DNA of 64,000 bases from Vitrella brassicaformis CCMP3155 (taxonomy: Eukaryota > Protista > Chromerida), in NCBI GenBank assembly GCA_001179505.1, contig CDMY01000318.1:59215-123214 (forward strand), given 5' to 3'. Under the pieces are notes generated by a model. That model saw only the letters and a program-made list of their open reading frames with translations, did no database searches and was not told the DNA's origin. Below are positions 1 through 11,421 of the stretch, in pieces. Every line of letters starts with the position of its first letter. The first letter of the stretch is position 1. Made by a program: the position numbers and the translations under genes.

Positions 1-168
1 GAGAAGACATGGGTCAACGTGACTGTCTGATATCGCCTCACAGGATGGTGAAGCGGCAGCGTCAGTTGATTCATGAATTCGATCCATCTCTCTTTGCGAG
101 CTCAATTGTGAGTTGCGAAGCGAAGGGCCAGAAGGGAAGCGCATTCCCGAGTCAATTCGCCGGCATAG

Positions 169-2361
169 ATGCTCATCTCGGCGAAGCAGCGCCTCACTGC
201 TATCCGGAAGGCTGCTGCGGAAAGCAGCGACTTCGAGCTTCGCCGCTTCCGCGTTGGCAAGGAGCGCCTCATCAAGCAAGGGAGGAAGCCGAGCAAACTG
301 AAGGCAACCATCCTCATCGAGCGACTCGCGAAGAAGGAGATCATTGCTGAGGCCAGAAGGACCAACAAAGGGGATGACAAGAGCAGCAACCAAGGAGATG
401 AAGGAGAGGAGCGCGAAGAGGAGGAAGACGGTGAATGGACTGACGACAGTGACCAAGATGACGCGGCTGACGATGTGAGTCGGGCAAGGATTCAGGCGAC
501 GAAGGCCAAGATCCTCTCGGCGATTCGCTCGCAGCCCGTTGCCCTTCCGCCATCCGAGTCCCCTGTGTGTCATGGCGTCCCTGGCAGCTCCCCCGCTCCC
601 TCTGCCCCCCGCCTGCGAGGCCGCGGCAGCCACCACCTCTACGTGCGTGACTACGTGAGGCAGGAGCTCAGCGATGCCCTCAACAAAAAAGTGGAATCAT
701 TGCTCCAAGAGCTCGCTCGCTTCCAGCAGCGGGCCAAGACGGACAACCCACAGCGGTTTTCCAAGCTGAAGCGCTACGTCGCCGGCATGAGCGAGAGCGA
801 GAGGGCCATCAAAGAGGACCGGGCCAAGGCGCTGGTCGTGGCGCCAAACGTCGAGCCGAGTGTGTCTGCCGGCGGCCTGGACGACATGATGCAGTCCCTC
901 TTGGCTGAGTGCGAGCAGAGGAATGTGCCCGTGATTTTCGCCCTGAGTCGCAACCTGCTGGGGCGGGCCATCGGCAAGAACATGCGGCAGAGCGCGGTGT
1001 GCATCGTCAGCGCCGAGGGCGCCCACCAGCTGCTCAAGGAGAGCATTCAGATGGCCAACGAGCAGAGGGACGCCTTTGAGAGGAAGAGCCGGGCTTCTGA
1101 CGCGACGACGGACGCGGGGTGCGCCTCTACACCAGCAGTGAGGGTGCACTACCCTTTGACGGAGGAGCATGAGCAGCCGGACGAGGCCGACATGACGCCC
1201 GAGCAGCTTGCTGCCATGGAGAGGCGTCGCGAGCACAACCGACGGAAGCGCGAGAAGAGGAAGGAGAAGAGGCGCAGCGAGGCTGCGGCTGCGACAGCAG
1301 TGGCAGACAACAAGACCGAGCCAGCACCCCCACCCTGCCCACAGGCACCCAGGACCCCCACACCCACCATGAGCGAGGCTCGACCGCCGCGGCCATCGGC
1401 GAGCAGCAGCAGCGTCGGCACGCGTCCCTCCCAGCCATCCAGTCTCGTCGACAGCAGCCGCTCTTTACTGCTCAACATGTATTCGTCGCAGCTGAGCAGG
1501 AGAGGCCGCAAAATGATCAAGCGCATCGAGTACAAGCAGCAGAAGGAGAGGGAGCGGTTGGCTGCTGAGGCCGAGAGCGGCCCAACGGGCGAGGGGCGTC
1601 AAAGCAGGAAGCGCACACGCAGGAAAACAAAGCGAGCGGCAGGTGCATGCGAGGGGGGGGAGTGGGATGAAGAGGTCGACGACCAAGAGTCTGGGCAGCA
1701 CGGCCGCGAGGCGCATGAGAGTGCTACCGCACCAGGCCCGCCAGTCCTTCGTCACGAGAATGGGCCTGCCAGCCGCGGTCGGTCTGGCGGTGTGGTGCGA
1801 TCAGCGTGGGACGCTGGGCCGCCCTGCCTGCCACCAAAACCACCATCTGCGCCAGGTACGCATCATGCACACGGGACGACCATACAGCTGGCATAGCTCA
1901 TGAATGCTATTCTTCTCTGCTCTGTGTGTGTGACAGCAGTGACAGCACGCGGAGCCAAGGCGCCGTTTGCCCCTGGCCGCCCTCCTTCCCTCCCCAGCAC
2001 CAGCTGGCCGTCTCTGATGTCGCAAGACACCTGTTCCGACTGGAAGCCCAGCCATGCGTCCTCCAGGACGCCAGCCTCTGCATGGACGAAAGACACTGCG
2101 CCGAGGGACGACAAGCCGACTGCTGGGCCAGCCCAACCACCCCCTTCTCGACACACCCTCGCCAACCGTGCGGACGACTTGTCGGCGACGTCAGAGGCGA
2201 TATCGACGACGTCTATGCCGGCGAGTGTGTCGTCTGATGGGCCGATCATCTTGCCGCCTCCCAAGTGTGGTGTGCCGTTCCCAGGGGGCGGCGGCCAGAG
2301 GGGGAGAGGGGCGGGCAGGGGACGGGGAAGGGGACGAGCGAGTCGGGGATGGGACGGCTAG
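169..2361 (+). CDS. SECISBP2: SECIS-binding protein 2 (SBP2)-like, L7Ae RNA-binding domain
   Basis: ORF 169..1896 has a K-rich motif (KERLIKQGRKPSKLKATILIER) and an SBP2-type L7Ae module (YVRDYVRQELSDALNKKVESLLQELARFQQR...KRYVAGMSESERAI...VVAPNVE...GGLDDMM...NVPVIFALSRNLLGRAIGK...SAVCIVSAEGA). Probable intron at ~1855-1935, then a last exon in the 1900..2361 frame ending in an RG-rich tail. The true start could lie further upstream. Confidence 0.88.
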
Positions 2362-2818
2362 CTGACTGACGTACTTCGTCTGCGTGCGGTGCTTCATGGC
2401 AAGACTCGATGTACATATGTGATTCTGACAATCCCGCATGAATCACGGTATCTCACCTCTCTCCGGTCAAGGTCCACATCTGGCTACCAGTCCTGAACCG
2501 AACGTCTCTTGATGATTCTCCCATCAGACGAGTCCAACCAAGCAGTCGGAAAAATTTTGTCAGTGCAAATGAGAGACCTAAGGTCAGTAGCACCACACCA
2601 TATACCACAAGCACTCGAACACGTCGTCTGGCGAGCATGTCATCCGCCACGAACGGAGAGCAGTGGATCGCTCGACCCTAACCCTTCCAAAAAAATCCGT
2701 AACTGTCCGACCGCAACGGTGCGCCATTCCTGTCCCTCCCTCTGCCAAAGCTTTCCCAAAGCTGAATCGTCCCTTCCCTTTGTCCCCAGCGTTGCGCTCT
2801 GTGCAGCTGTCGCTCAAC

Positions 2819-4304
2819 ATGTCATCAACAACAATAACAACTCTCGTCATTGCCCTCGCCCTGTGCCTTTCCCGTGTGGCTGGGCAGTCGGCGCCTCTCA
2901 GCAGAGAATCAACGAGGATGAGCGGCGTCCCACACCAGTGGGTGGAGTGGGACTGCAACGCCCAGGGTAGGAGTGGTCAAGGGTCACCAAACTGGCCTGC
3001 GCTGTTTGTTCAGAGGTGGGCACGATGAGAGAAGGAGATGAATGAGAACATCCATCCCCTGTGCTGTGTGTGTGTGCGTGTGTGTGTGTGTGTGTGTCCA
3101 AAGGGCCAACAACCCTAGCGCACCGGCCTCTGGCCTTGGTAGGCAAAGCGAAACAGGAAGCAACAGAAAGCAACCACACGCTTATTTGGCTTTCAGGCAG
3201 TATTGGGTGCGGCACTCAACTCTCTGGGAGAATCTCTCGCATTTATGCACACATTCTATACAGCCGGTATGATGTTCGACTGCAAGACTCGCGAGGCACC
3301 AGGAACGAGAAGGTGAGGGAGGGAGGGAGGGAGAACTAAGGCTTCGACACTCTCAGGGTGTTTGTCCTGCGTGCCGCCTGCCTGCCTGCCTGCAGCACGT
3401 GACTCCTGAGTTCAAGGCAGCAGCATACGACAACGTGAGGGGGGGGGGGGTNNNNNNNNNNNNNNNNNNNNNNNNNNNNNNNNNNNNNNNNNNNNNNNNN
3501 NNNNNNNNNNNNNNNNNNNNNNNNNNNNNNNNNNNNNNNNNNNNNNNNNNNNNNNNNNNNNNNNNNNNNNNNNNNNNNNNNNNNNNNNNNNNNNNNNNNN
3601 NNNNNNNNNNNNNNNNNNNNNNNNNNNNNNNNNNNNNNNNNNNNNNNNNNNNNNNNNNNNNNNNNNNNNNNNNNNNNNNNNNNNNNNNNNNNNNNNNNNN
3701 NNNNNNNNNNNNNNNNNNNNNNNNNNNNNNNNNNNNNNNNNNNNNNNNNNNGTATTTGGCAAAGAGCGGTCGGTTATGTCACTTTTCTGTTCGTGTTCAG
3801 TTCGCCAAGCTGGGTCTAACGTCGTTCCAATTGGCCCCTGAGGAGGAGGAGGAGATGGCGATGAGCACCCAGGAGGAACTAGAGAAAGAACACATCGGTA
3901 AGTAAGTCCAGGTGACTTACGCGCCCACCTATGTTCGCTTACGTTTGCCTGTCTATATAGAGGTGACGGCCCGCGACCTGCAGCGAGTGTTTCCCGGTGG
4001 GTGAGAGCTGCAACTCGGCAGGCCACCAGTATGATCCATCTTTGATGTCTTTTCTCCTTCAGAGGCCGTGACGTCGGACCCTCAGAGCGGCAACAACGAG
4101 ACAGACGTCTTCTACGTCGACATGGATTACATGAATTCCGTCCAGACTGTCGTGATCCAGCAGCTTCAGGAGCGCGTCAAGTCGCAGCAGGAGCGTCTCG
4201 AGGCTCTTGAGAAGAAGCTCGCCGACAATCAGTCGGAGCGTGAGAACGGCTTCATGAGCATGCTCGAACAAGCCCTGAAGGACTTCAGAGGCGGCCGGGA
4301 CTAA
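2819..4304 (+). CDS. Hypothetical secreted protein with C-terminal coiled coil, multi-exon, spans an assembly gap
   Basis: Signal-peptide-like start (MSSTTITTLVIALALCLSRVAGQ). After the gap, GT-AG-bounded exons read FAKLGLTSFQLAPEEEEE...EKEHI / EVTARDLQRVFP / EAVTSDPQ...QQLQERVKSQQERLEALEKKLAD...RD*. Joining the two halves across the gap is inference. Confidence 0.45.
3452..3751. other. Assembly gap (300 N)
   Basis: Run of N. Confidence 1.
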
Positions 4305-5961
4305 ACTGATCTCTATGACTTACTGCCTGTCATGCCCCCTGCCTGAGCGAAATCACATGTATGCAATGTTACTTTCCTCGTGATCTTGCCGGTGGGTCAG
4401 TCAGTCTATGACCAGTCACTTTACTCAACGAGCGGACTGCCCACATCTCTGCATGGCGTCATGATGCATGGATTCAGTGGATTATCTGACTGTCTGCCTG
4501 TCTGTCTGTCTGGCTGTCTCGTATTGTATTTGTCCGTCTGATACCTCCAAACACCCGTACATATGCATGTGCTTCGGATCAGTCAGGGTCAGCCAGTCGT
4601 TCGTTGTCGGTGCATGTCTGCACTGTGCGTGCGTTGGCTTTTCCGGCACTGTAGTGGGTGAGTGTGCCGAAATTAGGAAGGGCGCCAAGCCGGTTGAGCC
4701 GTACGAAGTCCGTACAACGCAAGAGGGGAGATGGGGGGGGGTTGGGGGGACGGGAGGGGGCCGGGTCAGTTGGAATGTGACGGAATGAGACATTGCGTGA
4801 GGATGAGACACCGGACGTAGGCAAAGACTTATCGTGAGTTTCGCGTTGAATTGTAGCGATCACTTGGCATGAGTAGGAACAAAAACACATGTCTCCTCAC
4901 ATCAGCGCCCCGCGATGTACAGCGCGGGGCGCTGTACCATTGAGGGAGATGGTGAGTTGCCTGAAGACATCACTCGGGCGCGAGTCGATGGGAGAGGGGC
5001 GTGAGGAATGTGTATTGGGTGCTTGTCTTGCTGAGTGGGTGGCGGGGTGCTGAGTCAGCATGTGACAGGTTTGCCGCTGTCTGCTGTTGCTTCGAGAAGA
5101 GATCCATGCATTCAGCCAGAGACTTTCTTCATGAACATTTTTGTTGCCGGCTGCGCGAACGCAAGCCAGCTCTGCCAGAAATTCCGCTGTTGGCAGGAGC
5201 ATAGCCCCCCCATGCCGCTTCACGTACGCCCGAATGCAATGGCAGCTCCACGACAGCACAGGGACCTTCTTGAGCGCCCCCGAGGCCCAGCCAGGTAAGT
5301 TTAATCAAGAGGTGACTGATACGGGTAGGTCGACACAGATCTGCAGTCGGTGATGGCTGACAAGCCTTTGGTGCTTGCCTTTTCAGCTGAGACAGATCTC
5401 GTGCTGATCTCTGCACATTCCTAGGCCTCGTGCATCCATCGTGACGGTTGTTGCGGCAGGGAGTCGACATCTCCAGCAATCGATGAGAGACAATCGTTGC
5501 TGCCCATCACCGACCGCAGATTTTACATCGGCCGGCCAGGAAACACTCAGGCGGGTACGCTCTCTCGGGTGTGACACGGGATTCACATGACTCGTCCCTC
5601 ATCTCATTTGGGATACCGACTGGACGGCGACATGTCAGAGTCCACAGACATGCAAATCATGGCATGGCATCGTTGATTCCGTCAGAAAGTGCGTGTTCAC
5701 GATGTCTGCCTTCGGCACTTCCTCGCCCTCATCACGGTGCCCTCACAGTACACGCAGCCTCACCTGCGCAGACCGTGACGTCACCGTCATGCACTTGAGG
5801 AAGCGCCACAAGGCACGCAAGAAAAGCACGGCAATCACAGTGTCACACACGGTGGAACCGGTCACACTCACGACACGCATATACATGCTACCCACCCAGG
5901 CCCTCGGACAGCTCTTAAAACGATCATCGGTCTTTCGATTAGTCAGACAGACACGGCACAC

Positions 5962-8900
5962 TCAGTCGTCTTCATCCCTTCTGCGACGCTTCCTGCACAG
6001 GCGCACACACAAAGCCACGCACACAGTGGCATGGTCAGTCCCGCCGGCTGTGCGTGTTTACCCACCTTCTGTCGTCTTCGCTACGGTCGTTCTCGTCGGC
6101 CGGCGGGCGTCTCCTCTCCTCGCGGTGGTCACGGCGGCGATCATAATCATCCTGGTCGCGGTCACGGTCGCGGCGTCGCATTCTCTCATCGTCGCCGTGC
6201 TCGTCATCCCTCGAGCGCTTCCGTGTGACTGTGTCGTTGTCACGCTCTCTTTCCTTTTCCCTGTCCCTGTCTCGGTCTCGTCGGCGGTCGTCATCCCTAT
6301 CCCTGCAGCCACACACACAACACAGCATCCATCGATCCATTCATCTGCGTGTCTATATACGCGTGTGGTGGGGTGGTGTACCTGTCCTTGTCATCGTCTC
6401 TGGTGCGGCCGGATCCGTCACGCCGGTCGTGTCGGTCATCCTCAAGTCGGTTGCGGCGGGGAGGCCCCTCCCTCTCCCTCTCCCTGTCTCTCTCATTCTC
6501 CCTTTTCCTCTCGTCCTCCTCGTCGTCACGGCTGTCCCTCGGTCGGCGGTCTCTCTCACGCAGGCTCGCACGCACCCGCTCACGCATTGCCTCACGCTCA
6601 TCCTGAACGATGGAAGAAGACTCATGCTGTCACACGGTGTGTATGTGCGCGTGTGGGTGAGCATACGTCCTCTCCGCGGTCTTCCTTGGGGCGCTCCCGC
6701 CGGTCCTCACGACGGTCTTCGTGTCGATCCTCGCGCTGCATCCATGGCACCCGACACAGACACGCAACCAGCAGTGAGTGAGTGTACTGTGACCTCCACT
6801 GTCTGCCGCTGTGTCGCCTTGCCTACCTCGTCGTCACGGTGGCGTCTGCGGTCATCGTCTTTCCTCTCCAGCTCCCTCTCACGCCGGCCGCGGTCGCTCT
6901 CCCTCACCCTGTCACCACCAGCCTCTTTGTCGGCCTCACGGGCATGTCGGTCTCGCCTGTCAGCCTGACGACCAACGGGTAAACACACAGGCGTGTGGAT
7001 TGACTGTGTGGTGCTTCTGGGCGCTATGCTGACCTCTTTCGGCCTATCTTCTTTCTGTCGGTCGTGTGTGCGCCGGTCCTCTCTATCACGCTGAATGGTC
7101 AATGAAGGAACAACGCACACAACGAGCAATGACATAGGGCGGCACACGCCCTTCGGTCAATCACTCATCGTCTCCAGCTTACGTGGTCGTCATCATGATG
7201 GGGCCGTGTGCGGTCGTCACGACGGTCCTCCCTGTCCCGGTCGCCCTCGTCCAGCCGACGCCTCTCGTCCACATGGCGGTCGCGGCCACGCTGACAAAAC
7301 ACACATACACGGACACACATTTTGCATCCCTGGCTTGCCGGCGACTCCCTGAAAGTCACATTACCTCCTGGTGCTTTTTGCGCGTGTCGTCGTCGTCCTC
7401 AGGCCGCTCCTCCCTGCCTCTGCCGCCACGGCCGCGTGTGTCCCTGTCCTCCTCTCTGTCTCTCTCTCGGTCGGGCCTCTCCCGTCGATCGTCGCGACGG
7501 CCCCTCTCGCCCTCCCGCTGCACACAGGCAGACAGGGGCGACATGGACACACGAGTGAAAGCCCTTGCCTCCTCTTGCTCACCTCGTCAGCGTGGCGCCC
7601 TCTCCGCTCTCCGCGGTCGGCGTCTGTGTCAGCATCACGCTCACTGGGGCACACACACAGGTGTGTTAGAGTCTGGAGCGTGTTCTGCCTTCTTTAGTCA
7701 CTCACCGTCTGTCATCCCGATCGCGCTTTCTGTCGTAGCTGTCAGGGCCATGTCGACTGATCACACACAGCAGACAGAGGGAAGAGTGCACACGCCAGCA
7801 GGTTGGTGGTGTCCCTTCCCTTGCCAGCAGCTTACCCGTCTCTGTCCTTCTCTCTGTCCTTCTCCCTCTCCCTGTCCTTCTCTCTGTCCTTTTCTCTGTC
7901 CTTCTCCCTCTCCCTCTTCCTCTCGGGCGCCCGCTCCTCCCGATCCACAGTGGCATTGTCACGACCGCCGGCCTCTTTGCGGATAGCCGTCTGCCGCTCT
8001 TCACCACCTGAACGATCCCTCGGCGGCCTGCCCCCCTCCTCCCTCTCCTCACGGCGGCTGCGGTCTCTGCGGTCCTTGTCGTCGTCATGGTCGTCAGCCC
8101 GACGGCCTCGGCGCACGTCGGCGCGTCGGTCGTCGTCCTCCCTCCTCTCACGGCGGTCCTTCCTGCCCGCATCCTCATCGTCGTCCCGTCGACGAACGTC
8201 AAGGTCTCGGCTGCGAGACCTGCAGTCACACAGAGGCAGATAAGAGCAATGATGCCTGCAGTGGTGTGTTCGTCTGTCTGCCCACCTCTCGCGATCTCTG
8301 CGTGCGGGGCGGTCCTTCTCTCGATCGCGTCGGGATGTCTCGTCGGCGCGGTCATCACGACGCCTGTAGAGGAGAGGAAAAGCTCAGCGAGCGAGCCTCT
8401 GGTCTACGTGTAGTGGGTATTTGTGCGTGCGTGCGTGCGTGCGTGTCGGGCCTCACCTCTTGTCGTCGTCCCTCTTGCGGCGGTCGTCGGTGTCGCCATT
8501 CTTCTCGTCCGTCTCCTCCTCCTTGATGATGACCGGGTGGTGCCGCTCCTTCTCCTTGTCCCTCTCCTTGTCCCTGCCCTTGTCCTTGCCCTTGCCCTTC
8601 TCCTTCTCCTTGTTCTTGTCTTTGTCTTTGTCCTTCTCCTCCCGGCCCCTCTTGTTGTCCCGCCTCTTGCGCCGCCGTCGGTCCGACTCATCTGACGAGC
8701 TCGAGGACTCCTCCGATGACGACTCGCTCTCGGATGAGCTGCTCTCGGAGCTGCTGCTCTCGTCCCTCTTACGGCGCTTCTTGTGCTTGCCCTTGTCCTT
8801 GTCTTTGTCCTTGTCTTTGTCCTTGCTGGCGCCCTCCCTGAGTTTGCGCTGCATGCGCTCCTCCTCCTTCTCACGGGCCTCCCTGTCCTCCCTGGCCTGC

Positions 8901-9503
8901 TTGCGCTGTAGCCTCTCCATCTCTTGTGCGTCTCGGTTGAAGGCGTGGCCCGGCTGGTGGTCGGACCTGAGCTTGAAGGCACCCGCCAGACGCTGCAGCT
9001 GCTCCTCCTTCAGCGCACGCTGCTCGTGGGTCGTCATCCTGATGACGACCCACACACACACACACATACACACACACATACACACACATGGATGCAGCAC
9101 GTGTGATTCCCACGTGTCTGTGTGTGTCTCCCCCTGTGTGTGTGGTGTGCCCTACTCACTCGTCGACAGGTTTCTGCTCGATTTTCCTGGTGTCGACCCC
9201 GATGGCCTCGAGTGCCGCATACCTCCTGCGCCTCTCCCGCTCGATGAAGTCCCTGACCTCGTCCTTGTCGCGTCCATCCTTCTCCATCTGCAGCTGCCTG
9301 GCCAGGAGGTCGGCCTCGATCTCGCGCTTCTTCTGGTGCATCAGGATGTCCTTGTCGGGCTTGCGCACCTTGACGCCCTCCTTGTCGAGCTCCAGCTTCT
9401 TGTCGAAGTCCGTCGGCTTCGGGCGGACGTACGACAGGTTGCGCTGCACGTAGCCACTCGTGCCCGACCCCCGGGGGGTCGTCAGACCTATCCCGTTGTA
9501 CAT
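5962..9503 (-). CDS. CWC21: CWC21/SRRM2-like spliceosomal protein with long R/D/S/K low-complexity tail
   Basis: Starts MYNGIGLTTPRGSGTSGYVQRNLSYVRPK, followed by the cwf21 motif ILMHQKKREIE...DEVRDFIERERRR. About ten downstream exons encode RD/RE/KDKD/SR repeats and end in RKRRRRDEDD* at 5962. Confidence 0.92.
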
Positions 9504-10011
9504 GCTGCTGAATGACCAGTCAACCTGGATGCGGCAAGGCCGACAGGACGACAGACAGAAATGTCGCTGTCAGGGGAAGATCCGGCTTCACGGTGAGAGG
9601 AAGCACGATGGAGAGGACAAGCCGTCTTTTCTTTCCTCCCCCCTGCTAAGCTCGCAGATCACGAGCTCGCAGAGAGACCGACAGCTTAAGGATGGGGATG
9701 GGCGGTATCTACGTATGGAGTCATGGTGCCTGACGCACGCACGCACGCCGCCTTCAAGCTGCTGCTGGGGTGGCGTGTGTGCGACGCTGTGTGCCTGCTT
9801 GTATGTGGCCGTCGTTCGCAGCGCATTGCATATCCTCCTCTCTGCTGCATCTGCCCTCTGCGTGCTGCGTGTTGCGTGTCCGGGTTGCATGTTAGGGTGC
9901 CTGTTTCATGTTGGACAGACCGACAGGGGACTTGGCCGTCAGGCCACCTAGGGTGCTCCCTGAAACCGCTGCGACCGACAGCTTAAACTGCTTTTGAGGC
10001 TCCAAGCTCCA

Positions 10012-10807
10012 ATGGCTGCTGTCCCCGCATCGTCACTCTGTAAGCGCACACAAAGATCCGAAGAGGCGGGGGGGTAGATGTGCGTCACGCGTTCCCTCGC
10101 GCCGTTTGGTGTCGGGAGAGGCGTGTGTGCTCGCTGGGGCGACGTGTGTGGCACTGTTGGTCCTCATCTTGGCTGTGTGTGTTGTGATCTGTGTGCGTCA
10201 GCTGACTCCGACCGTCAGGAGCTTCTGTGCTCCTACGCGTCCCTCGTTCTTTATGAAGAGGGCATCCAGATCACGGTGAGTGACCAACACAACACCACAA
10301 CACCACACAGCACAGCACAAAGCACCTCCTCTTCTCCCCTCGTGTGTCAGCGCGAGAACCTTGAGAAGCTCATCGCTGCAGCGGGCGGCAAGGTCGAGCC
10401 TTACATGCCGATGTTGTTCGCGAGGGCCCTCGAGGGGAAGGACATCAGCGCCATGATGATGAACACCGGCGGAGGACCTGCACGTAGGCACACACCACAC
10501 CCCATCGCTCACCGTCGTTTCTCCTTCGAATGTGTGTGGTTCTGTCGTTGTGTGCGCGTTGACGTGCAGCCGCTGCTGGTGCTGGTGGTGCGGCAGCAGC
10601 GGCGGGCGGTGCGGCCGCTGCCGGCGGCGGCGAGGCGGCCGCTGAGGAGAAGAAGGAGGAGAAGAAGGAAGAGGAGGAGGTAAGCAGCACAACCAACCAA
10701 GCCACAGACGACAAACCGATCAGTGTGTGACGGCGGGTATGTGTTTGGTGCGCTGTGTCTGTGTTCAGGAGGAGGACGAGGACATGGGCTTCTCTCTGTT
10801 CGACTAA
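10012..10807 (+). CDS. RPLP1: 60S acidic ribosomal protein P1
   Basis: Spliced product MAAVPASSLSDSDRQELLCSYASLVLYEEGIQIT-RENLEKLIAAAGGKVEPYMPMLFARALEGKDISAMM...AAAAGGGEAAAEEKKEEKKEEE-EEDEDMGFSLFD*, with the canonical P-protein C-terminus. Confidence 0.96.
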
Positions 10808-11421
10808 GCCCCGGTATGACGTCTGGCGGTCTGTCTGTCTTGTCTGTTTGTCTGTACGGACAAGCGAGATGGATGGATGGACTGCCACGCCATGTGTGGC
10901 GGTCGGGAGAGGTGTGGTGTCTGTTTGCCTCGTTCGTTCTTCCTTCTGTGATTTGACATCGATGCACATACACACATCAATATGCCACTTGGGTGCCTGA
11001 CTGACCACCTGATGCGACTACACTTGTTTGTCGCCTTAGTGAATCAATGCGAGGTAGATGCAACACAACCCACGAGAGCGATAGAAGTCCTTCAGCGGAA
11101 CAAAGAGGATGTCACAAATGCGTTCTTTGCCTGCCTTTGCATACTCACTCGCACCCACACACACAGACCCATCAAGACAGAGGCGTCCGTGACAGCCTGC
11201 CTCTGCACGAGCATTCCCTCCCTAGTCATGACACTCCCTCTCCCCCACATTCTCACGACAAACTTATTCAGCGCTGTCGACCCTCCACCCCCCCAGCCTC
11301 TTACGCACAAAACCTCTCTGCATATGCCGGTCTCGCATCCACCCACACACACCGATGTATGTATATAAACCACTCAGTCCCCTCGCCATTCTGCCTTATC
11401 CACATGTTCCTTCCTCTCTCC

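Noticed and set aside
4400-5950. Several short ORFs and splice-like signals between the hypothetical gene and the CWC21 3' end
   Set aside because: No coherent exon chain or protein-like translation. Probably UTR or intergenic.
7790-7930. Regular short repeats (ctctctgtccttct...) that could look like a CRISPR or satellite array
   Set aside because: They encode REKDREKD repeats of the SR protein and there are no unique spacers.
5693-9515. Long plus-strand ORFs rich in S/L/R (e.g. 5693..6781, 8421..9515)
   Set aside because: Antisense shadows of the low-complexity CWC21 exons and microsatellite introns.
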